In this document: piece after piece, positions 19,872 to 29,134 of the stretch | Layout of the letters: each line of letters opens with the position of its first letter | How positions within the stretch are numbered: the first letter of the stretch is position 1 | Assembly: GCA_903885555.1 (NCBI GenBank) | Contig: CAISIV010000078.1 | Coordinates: forward strand, 25,686 to 89,685 | Direction: 5' to 3' | From: an uncultured Hyphomicrobiales bacterium | GTDB taxonomy: Bacteria > Pseudomonadota > Alphaproteobacteria > Rhizobiales > Xanthobacteraceae | DNA length: 64,000 nt | Made by a program: the position numbers and the translations under genes | Notes under the pieces: model-generated | What the model saw: only the letters and a program-made list of their open reading frames with translations | Databases searched by the model: none | What the model was told of the DNA's origin: nothing

Positions 19872-20315
19872 TTAACGCCCGCTGGCGATGATTTCGGCCG
19901 CGGACGCCACGATTTCGGCCAGGCCGTCGGTGGTGCGCAGGCCCGCGATCTCCGACGGATCGAGCCAGTGCGCTTCGTCGAGCTCTTCATTGAGCACCGG
20001 TTCGCCGGATACCCAGCGCGCGGCAAAACACATGATGACGAAATGGCGCTCGACCCTGCCTTGGGCGTCGCGCATCACCGCCTCGCGATGGCCGGCCAGC
20101 GTCAGGACTTCGATCTGCAAGGCCGTTTCCTCGCGAACTTCGCGGGCGACTGCTTCGGCGAGCGTTTCGCCGGCTTCAACGACACCGCCGGGCATGGTGT
20201 AGAGATTGAGCGCAGGCTTGCGCGCCCGGCGCACCACCAGCACCTTGCCGTCGCGGAAAATCGCGGCGCTGACGGCGAGGAATGGGCGTGTCGGATAAGT
20301 GCGGACGTCGTTCAA
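19872..20315 (-). CDS. NUDIX hydrolase
   Basis: Nudix box GGVVEAGETLAEAVAREVREET. TTG start overlaps the upstream stop. Confidence 0.93.
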   Translation of the reverse strand: MNDVRTYPTRPFLAVSAAIFRDGKVLVVRRARKPALNLYTMPGGVVEAGETLAEAVAREVREETALQIEVLTLAGHREAVMRDAQGRVERHFVIMCFAARWVSGEPVLNEELDEAHWLDPSEIAGLRTTDGLAEIVASAAEIIASGR

Positions 20316-20824
20316 AATTTTGTCTTCATCAGCCGGTCGGCCATGGCTTGTGCGTCGGTTATTTCCCCGTCGCCTTCGCCGTTGATCAGGGCGCTTGCTT
20401 GCGCCAATAGCGGTTTGACCCAGGCGACGGCTTGCACCGCGAGGGCCGCGGCCGCTGCCGGCGGCAGGTCAGGCCGCAGTGACTCGCGGGTGGCCTCTAG
20501 CACGGCGGTCATTGTCGTGGCCATCGTGTCGAGGCAATCGCGCGTCGCCGGGTTGGCCGCGTCATAGGCGGCGATCGCCAGGTCGCGGCCTTTGAAGTGC
20601 GAGGCCATGAAATGTTCGCGGTAGGTCATCGGCCGCCAGGCCAGAAAGTCGTCGATGCAGTCCGGACAGTCCGGCAGCATCTCGAGCAGCATGATGGCTT
20701 CGTTGAAATGGTTGAGGTAGTCGGTGGCAAAGCCGGTGACCGGATTGATATTGGCGTCGGCCAGCCGCGCCGCGAGGTCGTCGCTCGCCGTTTGTACAGG
20801 CTCGGCACGATGCTGATATGTCAT
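20312..20824 (-). CDS. Conserved hypothetical protein (ATDYLNHFNE motif)
   Basis: NINPVTGFATDYLNHFNEAIMLLEM...WRPMTYREHF. Translationally coupled to the NUDIX gene. Confidence 0.8.
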   Translation of the reverse strand: MTYQHRAEPVQTASDDLAARLADANINPVTGFATDYLNHFNEAIMLLEMLPDCPDCIDDFLAWRPMTYREHFMASHFKGRDLAIAAYDAANPATRDCLDTMATTMTAVLEATRESLRPDLPPAAAAALAVQAVAWVKPLLAQASALINGEGDGEITDAQAMADRLMKTKF

Positions 20825-20870
20825 AGGCTTCCGGGACGAATCCACCGGGCGGCAGTCTGATTCTTGCCGG

Positions 20871-20885
20871 TTAAGGTGTCATTAA
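20871..20885 (-). promoter_or_regulatory. CtrA binding box, perfect consensus
   Basis: TTAA-GGTGTCA-TTAA, read on minus as TTAA-N7-TTAAC. GANTC sites at 20838 and 20859. Confidence 0.7.
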
Positions 20886-20909
20886 GCGTGGACGGGAAGA
20901 CGTTCGATT

Positions 20910-21668
20910 ATGTGCGGCCGTTATACGATCGTCCTCACGCCGGAAGAGCTCCACGCCATATTCCTTTACTTGGAACGGCCGAATTTCCCGGCGCGTTACA
21001 ATGTGGCGCCGACCCAGCCAATTCCCGTCGTCAGGCTGATGAATGGCGAGCGGCATTTCGCACTGGTGCGCTGGGGGCTTCTGCCGTCCTGGGTCAAGGA
21101 CCCGAAAGCTTTCCCGCTGCTGATCAATGCGCGCGGCGAAACCGTCACCGAAAAGCCGGCCTTTAAAGCCGCGATGAAGCGACGGCGTTGCCTGATCCCG
21201 GCCGACGGTTTTTACGAATGGAAGGCGGGCGGGCCGCGCAAGCAGCCTTATTACATTCGTGCCAAATCCGGCAAGCCGCTGGCCTTCGCCGGTCTATGGG
21301 AGACCTGGATCGGACCGAATGGCGAGGAACTGGAAACGGCGGCCATCGTGACGACGACGGCCAACGAAACCTTGGCGCCGATTCATGACCGGATGCCGGT
21401 CATCGTGCCGCCCGATCAGTTCGATCTTTGGCTCGGCAATGGCGACGAGGACACCACCGCGGCGGAGGCGCTGATCAAACCGGCGCCGAATGAGTTGCTG
21501 GAGGCTTATCCCGTCAGCACGAACGTCAATCGGGTCGCGAATGACGATCCGGCGCTGAGGGAGCGCGCGGCCGAAGTCGATCAGACCGCGCCTGCGCCAA
21601 AACCGAAGCGTGCCGCCAAACGCGCCACGCCGCCGAAGGAAGACAGCGGGCAGGGCACACTGTTTTAG
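20910..21668 (+). CDS. SOS response-associated peptidase (SRAP/YedK/HMCES family)
   Basis: N-terminal MCGRY (catalytic Cys2), RYNVAPTQ, LINARGET, RRCLIPADGFYEW, IHDRMPV. Confidence 0.95.
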   Translation: MCGRYTIVLTPEELHAIFLYLERPNFPARYNVAPTQPIPVVRLMNGERHFALVRWGLLPSWVKDPKAFPLLINARGETVTEKPAFKAAMKRRRCLIPADGFYEWKAGGPRKQPYYIRAKSGKPLAFAGLWETWIGPNGEELETAAIVTTTANETLAPIHDRMPVIVPPDQFDLWLGNGDEDTTAAEALIKPAPNELLEAYPVSTNVNRVANDDPALRERAAEVDQTAPAPKPKRAAKRATPPKEDSGQGTLF

Positions 21669-23110
21669 CGCTGCGGCAGCACCTTGCCTGGATTGAGAAT
21701 GCCGTTGGGATCGAGCAGTTGCTTGATGCCGCGCATCAGGTCGAGCGCCACCGGATCTTTGTAGATGTGCAGGATGTCGCGCTTCATGACGCCGACGCCG
21801 TGCTCGGCCGAGATCGAGCCGTTGTATTTCTTGACGACGCCGAACACGACTTCGTTGACGTCGTCCCAGCGATTGAGGAAGTCCTGTTTCGCCATGCCCG
21901 GCGGCTGCATCGCGTTGTAGTGGATATTGCCGTCGCCGACATGACCGAAGGGCATGGTTGTGGCGCCCGGGATGAGTTTCGCAATCGCTGCGTCCGCTTC
22001 GACGATAAATTCAGGGATCTTAGCAATCGGCACGGAAATGTCGTGCTTGATCGACGCGCCGATGTGACGCTGCACTTCGCCGAACAGTTCGCGGATGCGC
22101 CAGAACGCCTTGGCCTGTTCCAGGCTCTCGGCAAAAGTCGCATCGAGCACAAGTCCCTTGTCGACGCCCTCGGCGAGGATCTCTTCCAGAACCTCGCGCA
22201 GACCTTCGCGTTTTTGCGACGACACCTCGATCAGCACGTACCAGGGATAGACCGTCGCCAGCGGATCGCGGCTGACCGAGTCGAACTTGATCACCGCCTC
22301 GATACCGTTGCGCGCCATCATCTCGAATGACGTAACGCCGCCGGACAGGCGCGCCGATGCGATGCCGAGCAGATCGACCGCAGCTTGCGGGGAGGGCACG
22401 CCGGCGTAAGCCGTTTCGACCGCGCGGGGCTTGGGCACCAGCTTCAGTACCGCTGCGGTGATGATGCCGAGCGTGCCTTCGGCGCCGATGAACAGGTTCT
22501 TGAGGTCGTAGCCGGTATTGTCTTTCTTGAGTTTGTTGAGATTGTTGAGTACGCGTCCGTCGGCCAGCACGACTTCGAGCCCGACCGCATGCTGGCGCGA
22601 AATGCCATGCACCAGCGCTGCGATGCCGCCGGCATTGGTCGACAGATTGCCGCCGATGGTGCAGGTGCCTTCCGACGGCAGCAGTTGCGGATAAAGCCGG
22701 TCGGCGTCCGACGCGGCGGCGCGCGCGTTCTGCAGCGTGACGCCGGCCTCGACGGTCATGGTGTTGGAGACCGTATCGATCTCGCGGATTTTGTTGAGCC
22801 GGGTCAGCGACAGGATGATCTCGCCGCGATGCGGGATCTGGCCGCCGACCAGACCGGTATTGCCGCCCTGCGGCACGATCGCGGTCTTGGTCTCATTCGC
22901 GAGCTTGAGGATCGCCGACACTTCCTCGACCGAACCCGGCCGCAGCACGACGGGTGTGGTGCCGTGGAACAGGTCGCGCATTTCGACGAGATACGGCTCC
23001 TGCAGGTCGCGGTCGGTCACCGCATATTTCTGACCGACGATGTCGATGAATCGCTTGAGCAGTTCCGGCGCCGGCGGCGGGATCAGCGGTGGTTTGGTCT
23101 GCAGGTTCAT
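21665..23110 (-). CDS. FAD-binding oxidoreductase (D-2-hydroxyacid dehydrogenase type)
   Basis: PQGGNTGLVGG, KKDNTGYDLK, GAEGTLGIIT, GHVGDGNIH, SAEHGVG. Confidence 0.92.
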   Translation of the reverse strand: MNLQTKPPLIPPPAPELLKRFIDIVGQKYAVTDRDLQEPYLVEMRDLFHGTTPVVLRPGSVEEVSAILKLANETKTAIVPQGGNTGLVGGQIPHRGEIILSLTRLNKIREIDTVSNTMTVEAGVTLQNARAAASDADRLYPQLLPSEGTCTIGGNLSTNAGGIAALVHGISRQHAVGLEVVLADGRVLNNLNKLKKDNTGYDLKNLFIGAEGTLGIITAAVLKLVPKPRAVETAYAGVPSPQAAVDLLGIASARLSGGVTSFEMMARNGIEAVIKFDSVSRDPLATVYPWYVLIEVSSQKREGLREVLEEILAEGVDKGLVLDATFAESLEQAKAFWRIRELFGEVQRHIGASIKHDISVPIAKIPEFIVEADAAIAKLIPGATTMPFGHVGDGNIHYNAMQPPGMAKQDFLNRWDDVNEVVFGVVKKYNGSISAEHGVGVMKRDILHIYKDPVALDLMRGIKQLLDPNGILNPGKVLPQR

Positions 23111-23125
23111 GTCCGTTTCCTCTTC

Positions 23126-24100
23126 TTATTGTTTCGGCGCGGCGGCGCGCGCCAGCCGGTCGTTGATGGCTTCGCCCAGGCCGTGATGCGGCACGCTCAT
23201 GACGGCGATGTTTTTGGCGCCCGAGGCGTCGAGCGCGCGCAGATGCGAGAACAGATTGGCGGCGGCTTCGATCAGATCGCCGCGCGGCGACAGATTGAAC
23301 GTCGTGCCGGAAAATTCCGGCGCCGGTCCGAAGGCCAGCAGCGCCTCGCCGTCGCGCGGCGACGTTGCGTCGAGCCGCACGCCCGCCTTCGGCGCGTAAT
23401 GCGAGGCCAGCATGCCGGGCGCGAGCGGCGCGTCGTCATCGGCGGGAACGGCGGCCGTTGCCAGCGGATGACCGAGCACACGCTCGATCTGCTCCCGCGC
23501 CAGTCCGCCGGGCCGCAACAGCGTCGGTTCGCCCAGACACGACACGATGGTGGACTCCACGCCGACCGTGCAGGGACCGGCGTCGATCACCAGATCGATG
23601 CGGCCGCGCAGATCGGCCAGCACATGCGCGGCGTCGGTCGGCGAGACATGGCCGGAGCGGTTGGCCGACGGCGCCACCACCGGGCCGTCGAAAGCTTTCA
23701 GCAGCGCCTGCGCCACCGGATGATCGGGCACCCGCACCGCGACGGTGTCGAGCCCGGCGAGCGCCAGATCGGCGACGCCGCTGCCGGGGCGCTTCGGCAG
23801 TACCAATGTCAGCGGGCCGGGCCAGAAGGCCGCCGCGAGCTTTTCGGCGTCGGCGTCGAAAATCGCGATGCGCCGCGCCGCCGCCAGATCGGCGACATGG
23901 GCGATCAGGGGGTTGAATGCCGGGCGGCCCTTGGCGGCGTAGAGCCGCGCCACGGCCTCGCCATTGCCGGCGTCGGCGCCGAGCCCGTAGACGGTCTCGG
24001 TCGGGAAGGCAGCGAGCCCGCCGGCGCGCAGGCAAGCGGCCGCGGCCTCGATCGAGGCTGTTTCGGCCGTCAGGACCCGCGTTCCAGGCTCCGCATTCAT
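23126..24100 (-). CDS. sua5: L-threonylcarbamoyladenylate synthase (Sua5 type)
   Basis: AFPTETVYGLGADA, KGRPAFNPLIAH, APSANRSG, plus a C-terminal SUA5 domain. Confidence 0.93.
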   Translation of the reverse strand: MNAEPGTRVLTAETASIEAAAACLRAGGLAAFPTETVYGLGADAGNGEAVARLYAAKGRPAFNPLIAHVADLAAARRIAIFDADAEKLAAAFWPGPLTLVLPKRPGSGVADLALAGLDTVAVRVPDHPVAQALLKAFDGPVVAPSANRSGHVSPTDAAHVLADLRGRIDLVIDAGPCTVGVESTIVSCLGEPTLLRPGGLAREQIERVLGHPLATAAVPADDDAPLAPGMLASHYAPKAGVRLDATSPRDGEALLAFGPAPEFSGTTFNLSPRGDLIEAAANLFSHLRALDASGAKNIAVMSVPHHGLGEAINDRLARAAAPKQ

Positions 24101-24114
24101 TCTTTTTCTCAAGC

Positions 24115-24144
24115 TTGCGGTTTCAAGAGTGAGGGGGTTATAAG
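24115..24144 (+). promoter_or_regulatory. Sigma70-type promoter of tRNA-Pro
   Basis: (C)TTGCGG-N18-TATAAG, followed by the GC-rich discriminator GCCGCC. Confidence 0.55.
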
Positions 24145-24156
24145 GCCGCCGACAGT

Positions 24157-24233
24157 CGGAGTGTAGCGCAGTCTGGTAGCGCACCTCGTTCGGGACGAGG
24201 GGGTCGCAGGTTCAAATCCTGCCACTCCGACCA
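24157..24233 (+). tRNA. tRNA-Pro (anticodon CGG)
   Basis: 77 nt CGGAGTG...CACTCCG-ACCA. Anticodon arm CCTCG-TTCGGGA-CGAGG, T-loop GGTTCAAATCC, encoded CCA. Confidence 0.97.
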
Positions 24234-24391
24234 ATTTTCCAGACAATTTGGCCCACTTTCCCGCAGGCCAGGCCCGTTGGGCCGGATTTCCGGTTGCCTG
24301 ACCGGCGCGGCCACCCCCATGATCGACCCAGAACAGCATCTGCCCGCTCGATTATGAGCAGGGCGGGGCAACCGTCGGGGAGGTTTCTACT

Positions 24392-25360
24392 GTGCGCCAA
24401 GTCGCCAAGCTGCTGGTCGCGTTCCTGATATGCGGGGCGCTTGTCAGCGCCCCGGCCGCCCAGACGGCTTACCCCAACCGCCCCATCCGCGTGATCATCC
24501 CCTTCGGCCCGGGCGGGTTTGCCGACATCACTATGCGGATGGTCGGGCAGAAGCTGTCCGAGCGCACCGGCCAGCAGGTGGTGATCGAGAACCGGCCAAG
24601 CGCCGGCGGCATCATCGCCGGCAATGCCGTGACCGCGGCGAAGCCGGACGGCTATACATTGTTCGTGCTGTCGAGTGGCATCGCGCTCAGCAAGGCGCTG
24701 CTCAAGACCATGCCGTTCGATCCCGGTAACGCCTTCACGCCGGTCTCGACACTAGCGTTCTTCGATCTCCTGCTGCTGGTCAAAGCCGACTCGCCGATGA
24801 AGGCGGTCAAAGATGCGCTTGCGCTTGCGAAAAACGATCCGGCCAAGTTCAACATCGGCACCATTAGCCCCGGCAGCACCCAGAACGTCATGGGCGAGCT
24901 TTACAAATCGGCGACCGGCATTCCGATGACCATCATTCCCTATCGTACCTCGGGCGATGTGCTCACCTCGCTGCTGCGTGACGATACGCAGATCGGCGTT
25001 GAATCGTATGCGGCGTTGAAGTCGGCGATCGACGCCAAGACAATCCGCGCCATTGCTGCGAGCGGTGACAAGCGCTCGCCGCAACAGCCGGACGTGCCGA
25101 CGCTCAAGGAAAGCGGCATCGACGCCGAAGTGGTCGGCTGGAACGCACTGGTCGCGCCGGCCGGCACGCCGAAAGATGTCGTTGCCTTTCTCAATGGCCA
25201 TGTCCGCGCCGTCGTTGAGTCCGACGACTTCAGGAAACGCATGCTCGAAATGGGCGGCGTCGCGGGCGCGAGTTCGCCGGAAGAACTCGACAAGCGGCTG
25301 CAGGCTGATATTGCGATGTGGGCCGCCGTCGTCAAAAAGGCCGGTCTGGAGCCGCATTGA
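24392..25360 (+). CDS. Bug/TctC tripartite tricarboxylate transporter substrate-binding protein (1)
   Basis: Signal peptide, YPNRPIRVIIPFGPGGFAD, VIENRPSAGG, PDGYTL. Confidence 0.93.
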   Translation: MRQVAKLLVAFLICGALVSAPAAQTAYPNRPIRVIIPFGPGGFADITMRMVGQKLSERTGQQVVIENRPSAGGIIAGNAVTAAKPDGYTLFVLSSGIALSKALLKTMPFDPGNAFTPVSTLAFFDLLLLVKADSPMKAVKDALALAKNDPAKFNIGTISPGSTQNVMGELYKSATGIPMTIIPYRTSGDVLTSLLRDDTQIGVESYAALKSAIDAKTIRAIAASGDKRSPQQPDVPTLKESGIDAEVVGWNALVAPAGTPKDVVAFLNGHVRAVVESDDFRKRMLEMGGVAGASSPEELDKRLQADIAMWAAVVKKAGLEPH

Positions 25361-25364
25361 ACTC

Positions 25365-26183
25365 ATGACCGACACGCTCAAGATCGATGCGCAAAAAATC
25401 GACGCCCACGTGCATGTCTTCACCACCGACATGCCGTTGATCGACAATCCGCGCCACGCCCCGACTTACAGCTTCACGCACGAGCAACTTATCGGGACGC
25501 TCGATAGCAATGGCGTCGCGCGCGCCGTCATCGCGGCGGCGAGCCCGTGGGGTGATTACAACGACTACATGCTGGAAGCCGTGCGCGCGCATCCGAAGCG
25601 TCTGCGCGCCACGGCCATCGTCAAGCCGACCATCGATCGCTTTGCGCTGGAAGCGATGAGCAAAGCCGGCTTCATCGGCATACGATTGCCCTTCATCGGG
25701 CTGCCGCAGCTGCCCGACATCACGACGTTCGAGTATCGTGCGCTGTTCCGGCGGTTGGCCGATCTCAACTGGCACGTCCATCCGCACGTCAATGGCGACG
25801 ACCTGCCGAAAATCCTGCCGACGCTCGAAGCGTCTGGCGTCAGCATAGTGGCCGATCATCTCGGCCGTCCTAACGACAAGACCGGCATCGAGAGCGAAGG
25901 CTTCAAGACGCTTCTGCGCTCGATCGAGAAGGGCCGCACCTGGGTGAAGATGTCCGGCGGCTACCGCCTCGGCCCGTCGGCGCTGGAGACGGGGCGGGCG
26001 CTATTGCGCCATGCGGGGCCGGAACGTCTGGTCTGGGCGAGCGACTGCCCCTTTGTCGGTCACGAGAACCAGTTCCCGTACAAGTCGACGATGGACTGGC
26101 TCGATGAATGCGTGCCGGACCCCGTCGCCCGCGCCAAAATCTTCGGCGAAACGCCGCTGAAGCTGTATTTCGGTGGGGTTTAG
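25365..26183 (+). CDS. Amidohydrolase_2-family lactonase (LigI/sugar-lactonase-like)
   Basis: IDAHVHVF, VADHLGRP, WVKMSGGYR, LVWASDCPF. Start set at ATG 25365. Confidence 0.85.
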   Translation: MTDTLKIDAQKIDAHVHVFTTDMPLIDNPRHAPTYSFTHEQLIGTLDSNGVARAVIAAASPWGDYNDYMLEAVRAHPKRLRATAIVKPTIDRFALEAMSKAGFIGIRLPFIGLPQLPDITTFEYRALFRRLADLNWHVHPHVNGDDLPKILPTLEASGVSIVADHLGRPNDKTGIESEGFKTLLRSIEKGRTWVKMSGGYRLGPSALETGRALLRHAGPERLVWASDCPFVGHENQFPYKSTMDWLDECVPDPVARAKIFGETPLKLYFGGV

Positions 26184-26306
26184 GCTGCTGCCAGCCCGGT
26201 CGCCATCCCCCAAGCGGCCATAAGTCCTCTTGTGCGAGCCCCGTTGCGCCGCGTAGCTTTGGGCCGGGGAAGCAATGCCGGCGGCTAACGACCGGCAACA
26301 GAGAGG

Positions 26307-27296
26307 ATGACGCTCATGCAACGGTTCGCCGGCACGCTTTCGCGTGCGGTTTTCGCAATTCTCGGTTTGACGTTTTTGGCTGTTCCCGCCCAGGCGGCGG
26401 AGATATATCCGTCTCACCCGATCAAATGGATCGTGCCTTATCCGCCGGCCGGCACCACCGATATTCTCGCCCGCGTTGTCGGCGCGGCATTGTCGGAAGA
26501 ACTCGGCCAGCAATTCATCATCGAGAACCGCCCCGGTGCCGGCAACAATCTCGGCACCGAACAGGCGCTGCGGTCGGATCCGGACGGCTACACCATCCTG
26601 CTGGCCAATCCGGCGCACGGCATCAACGCGACGCTCTACAAGAAGCTCAATTACAATTTCATCCGCGACGCAGCGCCGGTCGCGGGCATTACGCGCGTGC
26701 CGAACGTGATGGAAGTCAATCCGAAGTTTCCGGCCAAGACCGTGCAGGAATTCATCGACTACGGCAAAGCCAATCCCGGCAAGATCAACTTCGCGTCATC
26801 GGGCAATGGCACCTCGGTGCACATGTCGGGCGAAATGTTCATGGCGATGACCGGCATCAAGATGACACACGTGCCTTACAAGGGTGCGGGCCCCGCGTTG
26901 ATCGATCTGATCGGCGGAACGGTCGACGTTCTGTTCGACAACCTGCCGTCGTCGATCGGGCATATTCAGGGCGGGCAACTGCGCGCCATCGCCGTGACGA
27001 CCGACAGTCCAAGCCCATTCCTCAAGGGCATTCCGACCGTCGGCGCGACGGTGAAGGGCTACGAAGCGAGCGCATGGTTCGGGATCGTTGCACCGAAGGA
27101 CATGCCGAAGGACCGCATCGACATTCTCAACAAGGCGGTCAACAAGGTGCTTGCCACCGACAAGATGAAGGCAAAGCTGGCCGAACTCGGCGGCGAGCCG
27201 ATGATCGTGACGCCGGCCCAATTCGGCGACACCATCAAGTCCGAAACCGAAAAGTGGGAAAAGGTCGTGAAATTCTCCGGCGCCAGCATCGACTGA
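26307..27296 (+). CDS. Bug/TctC substrate-binding protein (2)
   Basis: YPSHPIKWIVPYPPAGTTD, ENRPGAGNN, HVPYKGAGPA. Confidence 0.93.
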   Translation: MTLMQRFAGTLSRAVFAILGLTFLAVPAQAAEIYPSHPIKWIVPYPPAGTTDILARVVGAALSEELGQQFIIENRPGAGNNLGTEQALRSDPDGYTILLANPAHGINATLYKKLNYNFIRDAAPVAGITRVPNVMEVNPKFPAKTVQEFIDYGKANPGKINFASSGNGTSVHMSGEMFMAMTGIKMTHVPYKGAGPALIDLIGGTVDVLFDNLPSSIGHIQGGQLRAIAVTTDSPSPFLKGIPTVGATVKGYEASAWFGIVAPKDMPKDRIDILNKAVNKVLATDKMKAKLAELGGEPMIVTPAQFGDTIKSETEKWEKVVKFSGASID

Positions 27297-27326
27297 CGCC
27301 GCCGGCCGATTTTTCCGTGATTGCTG

Positions 27327-27358
27327 CGCAAGCCGGTTCATGCCGGCTTGCGTTTTCC
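27327..27358 (+). terminator. Intrinsic terminator-like hairpin
   Basis: CGCAAGCCGG-ttcatg-CCGGCTTGCG followed by TTTTCC. Confidence 0.6.
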
Positions 27359-27378
27359 TTTAAAGCCGGAATCTCGCA

Positions 27379-29106
27379 ATGACCAAAGTAAAGCGTCCCG
27401 AAGATCTGCGCAGCCATCGCTGGCTCGGCGTCAGCGACATGCGCTCCTTCGGCCACAAGTCGCGCTTGCGTCAGATCGGCTATGACGGCGAGGACTGGGA
27501 AGGCAAGCCGGTCATCGGCATCATCAATACCTGGAGCGAAATCAATCCCTGCCATGCACATCTGCGCGTTCGCGCAGAGAATGTGAAGCGCGGCGTTTTG
27601 CAGGCCGGCGGTTTCCCGATCGAATTGCCGGCGATGTCGCTGGCCGAAACCTTCGTCAAGCCGACCACCATGCTCTATCGCAATATGTTGGCGATGGAGA
27701 CCGAGGAATTACTGCGCAGTCATCCGATCGACGGCGCGGTGCTGATGGGCGGCTGCGACAAGACCACGCCAGGCCTGGTGATGGGCGCGATCAGCATGGA
27801 TATCCCGGCGATCTATATTCCGGCGGGCCCGATGTTGCGCGGCAACTGGAACGGCCAGCAGCTCGGCTCCGGCTCGGACGTCTGGAAATACTGGACCGAG
27901 AAGCGCGCCGGCAATATCTCCGACGACGAGTGGAGCGAGATCGAAGGCGGCATCGCCCGTTCGTTCGGCACCTGCATGGTGATGGGCACGGCGGCGACCA
28001 TGATGGCGATAGCCGAGGCGCTCGGCCTGTCGCTGCCGGGCGCATCGTCGATCCCTGCGGCGGATTCCAATCATCCGCGCATGTGCGGGCAGGCAGGCCG
28101 CCGCATCGTGGATATGGTGTGGGAAGACCTGACACCGAAGAAGATTCTCACCGTCGCGGCGTTCGACAATGCCATCAAGGTACATATGGCGATGGGCGGC
28201 TCGACCAACGCCATCATCCATGTCGTTGCCATGGCACGCCGCGCCGGTATTCCGATGGATATGGAGCGCTTCGACCAGTTGTCGCGCGAAGTCCCGGTGC
28301 TCGCCAATGTGCGGCCGTCGGGCAAGTACCTGATGGAAGACTTCTTCTACGCCGGCGGCCTGCGCGCGTTGATGACACAGATGAAGGCCAAGCTCGATCT
28401 GTCCTGCATCACCGTCACGGGAAAAAGCATCGGCGAGAATATCGACGGCGCCAAAGTTCACATTCCGGACGTGATCCACTCGCTGGAGGACCCGGTTTAT
28501 GCCGAAGGCGCCACCGCGGTGCTGCGCGGCAATCTCGCACCCGACGGCTGCGTCATCAAGCCCGCGGCGGCCGACAAGCGCTTTCTGAAGCATCGCGGCA
28601 AGGCGATTGCTTTCGACGACTACAACCACATGATGCGAGAGATCGATCGCGACGATCTCGACGTCACGCCCGACCATATTCTGGTGCTCAAGAATGCGGG
28701 TCCGAAAGGCGGCCCCGGCATGCCGGAGTGGGGTATGCTGCCGATCCCCAAGCGCCTGCTGGCGCAAGGCGTACGCGACATGGTGCGCATTTCCGACGGC
28801 CGCATGAGCGGCACCAGCTACGGCGCCTGCATTCTGCATGTCGCGCCGGAAAGTTTCGTCGGCGGTCCATTGGCCTTTGTGCAGACCGGCGACGAGATCG
28901 AGATCGACGTCGACGCGCGCCGTATTCATCTGCACGTGTCGGATGCCGAGTTGGCGAACCGTAAGGCGGCCTGGAAGAAACCGGCGCCGAAATATCCGCG
29001 TGGCTACGGAGCGTTATTCTCGGAGCATATCGGCCAGGCCGACGCCGGCTGCGATTTCGATTTCTTAGGCCCGCTTGGGCCGGTTCCTGAGCCGGAAATT
29101 CATTAG
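27379..29106 (+). CDS. IlvD/Edd-family dehydratase (L-arabinonate/pentonate dehydratase-like)
   Basis: Three Fe-S Cys motifs (NPCH, GGCDKT, GTCM), MGGSTNAIIH, GPKGGPGMPE, SDGRMSGT. Confidence 0.9.
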   Translation: MTKVKRPEDLRSHRWLGVSDMRSFGHKSRLRQIGYDGEDWEGKPVIGIINTWSEINPCHAHLRVRAENVKRGVLQAGGFPIELPAMSLAETFVKPTTMLYRNMLAMETEELLRSHPIDGAVLMGGCDKTTPGLVMGAISMDIPAIYIPAGPMLRGNWNGQQLGSGSDVWKYWTEKRAGNISDDEWSEIEGGIARSFGTCMVMGTAATMMAIAEALGLSLPGASSIPAADSNHPRMCGQAGRRIVDMVWEDLTPKKILTVAAFDNAIKVHMAMGGSTNAIIHVVAMARRAGIPMDMERFDQLSREVPVLANVRPSGKYLMEDFFYAGGLRALMTQMKAKLDLSCITVTGKSIGENIDGAKVHIPDVIHSLEDPVYAEGATAVLRGNLAPDGCVIKPAAADKRFLKHRGKAIAFDDYNHMMREIDRDDLDVTPDHILVLKNAGPKGGPGMPEWGMLPIPKRLLAQGVRDMVRISDGRMSGTSYGACILHVAPESFVGGPLAFVQTGDEIEIDVDARRIHLHVSDAELANRKAAWKKPAPKYPRGYGALFSEHIGQADAGCDFDFLGPLGPVPEPEIH

Positions 29107-29134
29107 CGCAATATCAGAACCGACACTTGAGGGG

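Noticed and set aside
20846-20909. LexA box upstream of SRAP
   Set aside because: Only one GTTC half-site; no GTTC-N7-GTTC.
24138-24371. 77-aa ORF containing [20 protein letters not shown]
   Set aside because: This is the standard translation artefact of a tRNA antisense strand.
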